In this document: piece after piece, positions 54,712 to 64,000 of the stretch
Position numbering within the stretch: position 1 is the stretch's first letter
Layout of the letters: the number at the start of each line of letters is the position of its first letter
Assembly: GCF_048593235.1 (NCBI RefSeq)
Contig: NC_133619.1
Location: 638,640,558 to 638,704,557, forward strand
Direction: 5' to 3'
DNA: 64,000 nucleotides
From: Sminthopsis crassicaudata
Lineage: Eukaryota
Program-made: the position numbers and the translations under genes
Notes under the pieces: generated by a model
The model's database searches: none
Told to the model about the DNA's origin: nothing
The model's input: the letters and a program-made list of their open reading frames with translations, nothing else

Positions 54712-54993
54712 AGCTTTTAGCACAATGCCTGGCACACAGTAAGTGCTTAATAAATGTTTATTGCCTGAGCTTTTTAGCATAACGCCAGGCACACTGTAAG
54801 TGTTTAATAAATGGTTATTGCCAGAGCTTTTAGCACAATGCGGGGCATACAGTAAATGCTTAATGAATGTTTATTGCCCGAGCTTTTAGCACAACGCCTG
54901 GTATACAGTAAGTGCTTAATAAATATTTATTGCCCAAGCTTTTAGCACAATGCCGGGCTCACAGTCAGTGCTTAATAAAAGTTTATTGCCTGA
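54712..54993 (+). repeat. Five tandem 56-bp copies of the L2 3' terminus
   Basis: Unit agcttttagcacaatgcctggcacacagtaagtgcttaataaatgtttattgcctg repeated with a 56-bp period. Confidence 0.9.
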
Positions 54994-56635
54994 CTATTAC
55001 CCTTATCCTCCAAGAAAGGGTGTTGGCCACCAGCTTTCACCCAAAGAAGCTCTCTGACTTAGTGACCCCAGCCCAGCCAACGCCCCATCCGGGAGACTGG
55101 TCACGGTCACATCCGGCACTCTGGTCCCCATCTCTGCTTCCCTTTTCCCCGCTGCAATCCCACCGTGGGCAGGAAGCGTTTCCCAGAGCTCCCCCAAGTT
55201 AGTGATTTTCCTCCCAGAGCAAAGGAAGGGCTGCTTTCTGCAACCTGGGGTTGTTTGCATAAAGTCTCCATCAGTGAACCCCCCTCTCCCAACAGAGACC
55301 TTCTTCCGGTGTAACCCCAGGCTTTAATTTAGCGCCTAATGTTTGTGCACGGCCCTAGAAAACAAACATTTATAATGAGCCTATTTTGTGCCCAACGCTA
55401 GGCTAAACCCTGCCCTCTGGGGCCACTTGCAAACAATGTAAATGAGAGGTAATCCCAAAATTGTTTCCCTTAGAATGGAAGCTCCCGGAGGGCAGGTATT
55501 GTTTAATTTATTTCTTCTTATTGGGCTATTGTCCTCAGCCCAGGCTTCGTAACCTACCCGGGGTTCCCTAGGTGCTTGCAGAATTCACGAAAGTTGAATC
55601 AATTATAAAATGACTGAAGTTAAAAACCCAGCCAGACATTAAGACCCTGTCCAAGTCACTTACTCCTATTTACCTCAGTTTCCTCATCTGTAAAATGAGA
55701 GGAAATGGGTGAAATCATTCCAATATTTTTGCCAAGAAATCCCCAAATGGGATTACTGAAAGTCAGATCTGTCTGGAAAATGACACACAAATAGGGGCTG
55801 GATCTGTGTCTTTCCCAGTCCCAGGGTAGGGAGGAAGCTCCTGGACAAGGAAAGTGCTAGCAAGGAAGAACACTTGGGTCAACTGAGAGCCGCTCAATGT
55901 CCCCCCCACCAATATGTGCCGCAGGGAAGATTTGAACCCGGGTTTTTCTGGCTCTAAGATGACCCATAAGTGCTCATTAGATGCCCAGCACTGTACTAAG
56001 CCAGCCTTCAGAGTACTTATACTTTTAGCTTAGACTCTTTTTTGTTTTATTTTTTAATTTTTTAAGGTGCTTTTATCCTAAGGGGAAAGAGCGCATTAAA
56101 AAGAACTGAGAAGGGGATGGAGAATAATGCAGCTGAAGGTAGGAGTGTGTGGGGAGGGGAGAGAAGGTTGAGAAGGGAGACAATGAGATTATTTTTCCAA
56201 CATTCAACATTGAACATTCTCCCTCCCTCTTTTATCTCCCCTTCCCCCAAGATGGGAGCAATCAGATAGATTGAAGGGAGTTTTTCAGTCCTAGGGCGAA
56301 GCCTGGGGTGGAGGTGGGAGAGGGAGGAGGGAGGAGGAGGAGGGAGGGGGAAAGAAGGAAGGAAGGGGCTTCCAAGGTGGGACACATCTCCAGACTGAAA
56401 TTGAAGGCGTCTGGGGAATGGGATGTGGAAGTGCAGGAGAGCCATGAATAGAGGAGGAGGAGAGAGACATAATTGAGGGTGCACGAATGAGGGGATTTGT
56501 TTGGTGGAACTATGGAGTTATATATCAAGGGACTTTTTTTTTTAATTTGCTTAGTGCAGGGGTAGGAGGAGGGATAGATTAATTTTAAAATAATATATAT
56601 TTTTAAGAACAAGGAACTTCAGAGCTTAGAAAATT

Positions 56636-58262
56636 CTTAGTACAGAGGTCGGAGTGGGGAGGATGCTTACAACAGGGAATGTCAGTACTGGGATCCTGGA
56701 ACAGAGAATGTCAGGGCTGGGGGTTACTTAAAACAGGGAATGGCAGAACTGAAGGGATTTTAGGATAGGAAATGTCAGAAGTAGGGGTGCTTAGAACAGG
56801 GAATGTCAGAAGTGGGGGTGCTTAGAACAGGGAGTATCAGAAGTGGGGTGCTTAGAACAGGGAATGTCAGAAGTGGGGGTGCTTAGAACAGGGAGTGTCA
56901 GAAGTGGGGTGCTTAGAACAGGGAGTGTCAGGACTGGAAGCTTAGAACAAGGAATGTCAGAAGTGGGGGTGCTTAGAACAGGGAGTATCAGGACTGGAAG
57001 CTTAGAACAGGGAATGTCAGGGCTGGAACCTTAGAACAGGGAGTGTCAGAAGTGGGGTGCTTAGAACAGGGAATGTCAGGACTGGAAGCTTAGAACAGGG
57101 AGTGTCAGAAGTGGGGGTGCTTAGAACAGGGAGTGTCAGGACTGGAAGCTTAGAACAGGGAATGTCAGGGCTGGAACCTTAGAACAGGGAGTGTCAGAAG
57201 TGGGCGTGCTTAGAACAGGGAGTGTCAGAAGTGGGCGTGCTTAGAACAGGGAATGTCAGGGCTGGAACCTTAGAACAGGGAGTATCAGAAGTGGGGGTGC
57301 TTAGAACAGGGAGTGTCAGGACTGGAAGCTTAGAACAGGGAGTGTCAGAAGTGGGGGTGCTTAGAACAGGGAATGGCAGACCTGAAGGGATTATAGGATA
57401 GGAAATGTCAGAAGTGGGGGTGCTTAGAACAGGGAGTGTCAGAAGTGGGGGTGCTTAGAACAGGGAGTGTCAGGACTGGAAGCTTAGAACAGGGAGTGTC
57501 AGAAGTGGGCGTGCTTAGAACAGGGAGTGTCAGGACTGGAAGCTTAGAACAGGGAATGTCAGGGCTGGAACCTTAGAACAGGGAGTGTCAGAAGTGGGCG
57601 TGCTTAGAACAGGGAATGTCAGGACTGGAAGCTTAGAACAGGGAGTGTCAGAAGTGGGCGTGCTTAGAACAGGGAGTGTCAGGACTGGAAGCTTAGAACA
57701 GGGAATGTCAGGGCTGGAACCTTAGAACAGGGAGTGTCAGAAGTGGGGGTGCTTAGAACAGGGAGTGTCAGGACTGGAAGCTTAGAACAGGGAGTGTCAG
57801 AAGTGGGCGTGCTTAGAACAGGGAGTGTCAGGACTGGAAGCTTAGAACAGGGAATGTCAGGGCTGGAACCTTAGAACAGGGAGTGTCAGAAGTGGGCGTG
57901 CTTAGAACAGGGAGTATCAGAAGTGGGGGTGCTTAGAACAGGGAGTGTCAGAAGTGGGGGTGCTTAGAACAGGGAATGTCAGGGCTGGAACCTTAGAACA
58001 GGGAGTGTCAGAAGTGGGGGTGCTTAGAACAGGGAGTGTCAGGACTGGAACCTTAGAACAGGGAGTGTCAGAAGTGGGGGTGCTTAGAACAGGGAGGGTC
58101 AGAAGTGGGGTGCTTAGAACAGGGAGGGTCAGAAGTGAGGGTGCTTAGAACAGGGAGTGTCAGAAGTGGGGGTGCTTAGAACAGAGAGTCTCAGGGCTGG
58201 AACCTTAGAACAGGGAGTGTCAGAAGTGGGGGTGCTGAGAATAGGGAGGGTCAGGGCTGGGA
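56636..58262 (+). repeat. ~1.6-kb minisatellite of 29-31-bp units (CTTAGAACAGGGA[A/G]TGTCAG + variable tail), roughly 50 units
   Basis: Three main tails: AAGTGGGG(G/C)GTG, GACTGGAAG, GGCTGGAAC; a rarer double variant recurs at 56727 and 57360. Confidence 0.95.
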
Positions 58263-59348
58263 GGGATCCTTCAGGTGGCCCCTCCTCATCTTCCAGAGGT
58301 GAAACAGAAGCTGGTGATTCAGACCCAACCTCCCAGCCTCCAGGCCTCCAGGCCTCCAGGCAGGCAGTATCTCCAGGGCTGGGGAAAGCTCTTCCAGCTC
58401 TCCCAGTGTGGCTCCTCCTTCCCCACCCTGTCCTCTTGCTGTCACAGGCCTTGGGGCCTGGCTCCCCGCCAGGCCCCTTCCCCCTCAGCCGGGGCCAGCT
58501 GCCAGGTGTCCAGAGGTGTCCAGTCTGATCTGGGAGCAGGTGGGAGTGCTAATCCCTAATCCCTCTGTGTCAGGTGGGCAGGGCTCAGTGGAAGCCGGGC
58601 TGGGGAGGGAGAACTAAGACCTGAGAGCCCCCCCCCAAGCTGGACACCTTCTTCTCCCTCCCTCAGGCCTCAGAGCGGAAGTCTGGCCAGGGCTTTAAGG
58701 ACAAGTAGGGTCTAATTCTGCTTCCCTTTTCTCCACGGGGGGGGGGGGGGGCAATTAGAGGGTCCCTAGGGTCCTTCTGGGGCAGAGGGCACAATATAGC
58801 CACAAAGAGCATCGCACAGGGCACCAGGACACTTGCCGCACATTTGCCACTCACTTGGAGGACCGCTAGAGCTTAGATTACTGCCCGGTATGCCACAAGT
58901 GCCTAATAAGTGCTTAACTGGCTTGTAAGGCCAGGGATTTATTCCCCAAGGGTCCTTTGGGCTCTGACCCTGAGACCTGAGGACAGCAAGGACTGTCTTC
59001 TGAAGAACAGGGGACAGAAATGGCCCTATTTGGGTTCCAGGCTGAGTAGGAGTCCTCCTTTTCCTATCTTGACCCCCAGCCTCTTATTTCATGTAGTGTT
59101 CAATGCAAGCACGCCCTCTGGTGGTCAGACCTTTTATTTTTCTCCTGAGCCCCAGTCCAAAGTCTCCTGATAGAGCCTACAGCCATTTGAAACTCAGCAA
59201 GAGTATTAATAATAATCATAATAACATAATATATTAATAACAACCAAATTAATCATTAAACAATTAGGAATGCTTTATTAATCATTAACTAAACTAATGC
59301 ATTAATGCCCTCCAGATTATTTCAACAATAGATCAGGTTAATTAATCA

Positions 59349-62300
59349 TTTTTTAAATTAATTTTATAATTATAACATTTTTTGACAGTACATATGCATA
59401 GGTAATTTTTTTTACAACATTATCCCTTGTACTCCCTTCTGTTCCGAATTTTTCCCCTCCTTCCCCCCATCCCCTCCCCTAGATTGCAGGCATTCCCATA
59501 CATATTAAATATGTTTTAGTATATCCTAGGTACAATATATATGTGCAGAACCGAATTTTGTTATTGTTATTGTTGCAAAGGAAGAATTGGATTCGGAAAG
59601 TAAAAATAATCTGGGGAGAAAAACAAAAAATGCTAAGAGTTTACACTCATTTCCCAGTGTTCCTTTTCTGGGTGCAGCTGATTCTGTCCATCATTGATCT
59701 CCTGGAACTGGATTAGATCTTCTCTATGTTGAAGATATCCATTTCCATCAGAATACATCCTCGTACAGTATCATTGTTGAAGTATATAATGATCCCCTAG
59801 TTCTGCTCGTTTCACTTAGCATCAGCTGATGTCTCTCCAAGCCTCTCTGTATTCATCCTGCTGGTCATTTCTTACAGAACAATAATATTGCATAACATTC
59901 ATACACCATAATTTACCCAACCATTCTCCAATTGATGGACATCCATTCATCTTCCAGTTTCTAGCCACTATGAAAAGAGCTGCCACAAACATTTTGGCAC
60001 ATACAGGTCCCTTTCCCTTCTTTAGTATTATTTCCTTGGGATATAAGCCCAATAGCAGCACTGCTGGGTCAAAGGGTATGCACAGTTTGATAACTTTTTG
60101 GGCATAGTTCCAAATTGCTCTCCAGAATGGCCGGATTCTTTCACAGCTCCACCAACAATGCATCAGTGTCCCAGTTTTCCCCCTCCAACATTCATCGTTA
60201 TTTGTTCCTGTCATCTTAGCCAATCTGACAGGTATGTAGTGGTATCTCAGAGTTTGATCAGTAGTGATTTGGAACACTCTTTCATATGAGTGGAAATAGT
60301 TTTAATTTCATCATCTGAAAATTGTCTGTTCATATCCTTTGACCATTTATCAATTGGAGAACGGCTTGATTTCTTATAAATCAGTTCTCTATATAATTTG
60401 GAAATGAGGCCTTTATCAGAATCTTTAACTGTAAAAATGTTTTTCCAATTTGTTACTTCCCTTCTAATCTTGTTTGCAATTGTTTTGTTTGTGCAAAAGC
60501 TTTTTAATTTGATGTAATCAAAATGTTCTATTTTGTGATCAATAATGGTCTCTAGTTCTTCTTTGGTCACAAATTCCTTCCTCCTCCACAAGTCTGAGAG
60601 GTCAACTATCCTATGTTCCTCTAATTTATTTATGATCTCATTCTTTATGACTAAATCTTGGACCCATTTTGATCTTATCTTAGTATGTGGTGTTAAATGT
60701 GGGTCCATGCCTAGTTTGTGCCATACTAATTTCCAGTTTTCCCAGCAGTTTTTGTCAAATAATGAATTCTTATCCCAGAAGTTGGGATCTTTGCGTTTGT
60801 CAAACACTAGATTGCTATTTTTATTCACTATCTTGCCCTGTGAACCTAACCTATTCCACTGATCAACTAGTCTATTTCTTAGCCAATACCAGATGGTTTT
60901 GGTGACTGTTGCTTTATAATATAGTTCTAGATCAGGTACAGCTAGACCACCTTCATTTGATTTTTTTTTTTCATTAGTTCCCTTCAAATTCTCGACCTTT
61001 TGTTCTTCCATATGAATTTTGTTGTTATTTTTTCTAGGTCATTAAAATAGTTTCTTGGGAGACTGATTGGTATAGCACTAAATAAATAGATCAGTTTAGG
61101 AAGTATTGTCATCTTAATTATATTCGCTTGGCCTATCCAAGTGCACTTAATGTCTTTCCAATTATTTAAATCTGACTTTATTTTTGTGGCAAGAGTTTTG
61201 TAATTTTGCTCATATAATTCCTGATTTTCCTTTGGTAGATATATTCCCAAATATTTTATACAATCGACCGTTATTTTGAATGGAATTTCTCTTTGTATCT
61301 CTTGCTGTTGGATTGTGTTGGTAATGTCTAAAAATGCTGAGGATTTATGTGGATTTATTTTGTATCCTGCAACTTTGCTAAAGTTTTGAATTATTTCTAA
61401 TAGCTTTTTAGCAGAGTCTTTGGGATTCTCTAAGTATACCATCATGTCATCTGCAAAGAGTGATAGTTTGATTTCCTCATTTCCTACTCTAATTCCTTGA
61501 ATCTCTTTCTCAGCTTTTATTGCTGAGGCTAGCATTTCTAGTACAATGTTGAATAGTAATGGTGATAGTGGGCAACCTTATTTCACTCCTGATCTTACTG
61601 GGAAAGGTTCCAGTTTATTGCCATTACATATGATGTTTACTGACAGTTTAAAATATATGTTCCTTATTATTTGAAGGAATAGTCCATTTATTCCTATACT
61701 CTCAAGTGTTTTTAGTAGGAATGAATGTTGGATTTTATCAAATGCTTTTTCTGCATCTATTGAGATGATTATATGGTTTTTGTTAATTTGGTTATTGATA
61801 TAGTCGATTATGCTAATAGTTTTTCTAATATTGAATCAGCCCTGTATTCCTGGTATAAATCCCACTTGGTCATAGTGTATTATCCTGGGGATGATTTTCT
61901 GTAGTCGTTTTGCTAATATTTTATTTAAGATTTTAGCATCAATATTCATTAGGGAGATTGGTCTATAATTTTCTTTCTCAGTTTTCAGCCTATTGGTTTA
62001 GGTATCAGTACCATGTCTGTGTCGTAAAAGGAATTTGGTAGGACTCCTTCAATCCCTATTTTTTCAAATAGTTTATATAGCATTGGAGTTAGTTGTTCTT
62101 TAAATGTTTGGTAGAATTCACATGTAAATCCATCTGGTTCTGGGGATTTTTTCTTAAGAAGTTGGTTAATAACTTGTTCTATTTCTTTTTCTGAAATGGG
62201 ACTATTTAGACTATTTACTTCTTCCTCTGTTAATCTGGGCAAGCTATATTTTTGAAAGTATTCTTCCATTTCATTTAAGTTATCGAATTTAGTTGGGCAA

Positions 62301-64000
62301 AGTAACTCCTAACTATTGTTCTAATTTCCTCTTCATTAGTGGTGAGTTCTCCTTTTTGATTTTTAAGACTAACAATTTGCTTTCCCTCTTTCCTTTTTTA
62401 AATCAGATTTACTAAGGGTTTGTCTATTTTGTTGTTTTTTTTTTCATAGAACCAACTCTTAGTTTTATTAATTAAATCAATAGTTTTTTACTTTCAATTT
62501 TATTAATCTCACCTTTTATTTTTAGAATTTCATGTTTTGTGTTTGTCTGGGAGTTTTAATTTGTTCGTTTTCTAGCAATTTTAGTTGTAAGCCCAATTCG
62601 TTGGCCCTCTCTTTCTCTATTTTATGCAAGTAGGCCTCTAGAGATATAAAACTTCCCCTTATTACTGCTTTGGCTGTATCCCACACATTTTGGTATGATG
62701 TCTCATTATTGACATTGTTATTATGTCTATGATTTGCTGTTTTACCCAATCATTCTTTAGTATAAGATTATTTAGTTTCCAAATTTTTTTTGGTCTATTT
62801 TCCCCTGGCTTTTTATTAAATGTAATTTTAATTGAATTGTGGTCTGAAAAGGATGTATTTACTATTTCTGCCTTACTGCATTTGATTTTAAGGTTTTTAT
62901 GTCCTAGTATATGATCAATTTTTGTATAGGTTCCATGAGCTGCTGAGAAGAAAGTGTACTCCTTTCTGTCTCCATTTAGCTTTCACCAAAGATCTATCAT
63001 ATCAAACTTTTCTAGTATTCTATTTACCTCTTTGACTTCTTTCTTATTTATTTTGTGGTTTGATTTATCTAATTCTGAGAGTGCAAGGTTGAGATGTCCC
63101 ACTATTATAGTTTTGCTGTCTATTTCTTTTTGCAGCTCTTAATTTCTCTTTTAAGGATTTAGATGCTGCACCACTTGGTGCATATATATTTAATATTGAT
63201 ACTGCTTCATTATCTATGCTACCCTTTAGCAGGATATAATGCCCTTCCTTATCTAATTAGATCAATTTTTGTTTTTGCTTGATCTCAGATAAGGATGGCT
63301 ACCCCTGCTTTTTTGGCTTCACCAGTAGATTCTGCTCCACGCTTTTACTTTTATTTTGAATGTATCACCCTGTTTCAGGTGTGTTTCCTGTAAACAACAT
63401 ATATAGGATTCTGGCTTTTAATCCAGTCTGCTAACTGCTTCCTCTTTATGAGGGAGTTAACCCCATTCACATTTATGGCTACAATGACTAATTCTATATT
63501 GCTTGCCATCTTGTTAACCCCTGCTTATGCTTTTCTCCTTTCCTTCCCTCTTACTTCCCTACCCAGTATAAAACTTGTGAACACCACTTGCTTTTCACAG
63601 CCCTCCCTTTTTAGTATCCCTCCCCCACCTTAAAGTTCCTCTTCCTATTTTACCCCTTTTTCTCACAATTCTGTATTCCCTTCCCCTTAGCTTACTCCTT
63701 CCCTCTCACTTTTCAATGAAATGGAAGAAGTTTCACCATAAATCGAATATGTCTAGTTTTTTTTTTCCCCCTCTGAGGCTGGCGTTAAGTGACTTGCCCA
63801 GAGTCGCACAGCTAGAAAGTGTTAAGTGTCTGAGACCAGATTTGAACTCAGGTCCTCCTGAATTCAGGGCTGGTGCTCTATCCACTGTGCCACCTAGCTG
63901 CCCCCTCGAATATGTCTATTGATACACACTATGTTCATCCCCCCTCCTTTCTTTCTCTCAAATATAATAGGTTACCTTTGCTTCTTCATAAGATGTAGTA
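59349..64000 (-). mobile_element. Long L1 retrotransposon (3'UTR, whole disrupted ORF2, inter-ORF region; continues beyond the window)
   Basis: ORF2 start ATG at 63509 (MASNIELVIVAINVNGVNSLIKRK, endonuclease); RT fragments [19 protein letters not shown]; C-terminal fragments GTLMHCWW.C; multiple frameshifts; T-rich 3' end at ~59349. Confidence 0.95.
63756..63905 (-). mobile_element. WSINE1-like SINE inserted in the L1, perfect 13-bp TSD
   Basis: tcgaatatgtcta at 63743-63755 and 63906-63918. Confidence 0.92.

Noticed and set aside
54712-58262. CRISPR-like appearance of the 56-bp and ~30-bp arrays
   Set aside because: Head-to-tail repeats without unique spacers, no cas genes, vertebrate context
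59200-59345. Cluster of TAATCA/ATTA motifs
   Set aside because: Low-complexity AT-rich tract next to an L1 tail; motif density expected by composition
59822-63633. Multiple 60-254-aa ORFs as host genes
   Set aside because: Frameshifted fragments of one L1 ORF2 and their antisense

Overview
Vertebrate genomic DNA, very probably an Australian marsupial (CORE/MAR1/WSINE-type SINEs, BovB and other RTEs, marsupial-type L1). The species assignment is inference only. The GC-rich left ~26 kb holds six protein-coding genes whose exons I reconstructed by hand from splice sites and reading frame: BCKDHA (last 2 exons, +), B3GNT8 (-), DMAC2/ATP5SL (6 exons, -), ERICH4 (2 exons, +), an intact 12-exon PRSS16 (-) and CRX/Otx5 (3 coding exons plus a probable non-coding first exon, -). 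The right ~37 kb is mostly AT-rich, has no recognisable host gene, and is dominated by L1, L2, CR1/L3, RTE/BovB, SINEs, a solo LTR, hAT and Tigger-type DNA transposons, microsatellites and two TE-derived tandem arrays. There are two N gaps. I found no clearly new multi-gene system. The most notable points are: PRSS16 lying between ERICH4 and CRX rather than in the extended MHC; a LURAP/FAM89-like motif in ERICH4; a 1-nt register break in a 12-bp repeat that sets the DMAC2 stop; unusual CRX homeodomain substitutions; K50-homeodomain site clusters; an hAT element with perfect TIRs and TSD; and a 62-bp TG...CA insertion with a 6-bp TSD. All comparisons to human or consensus sequences are from memory and need database confirmation.
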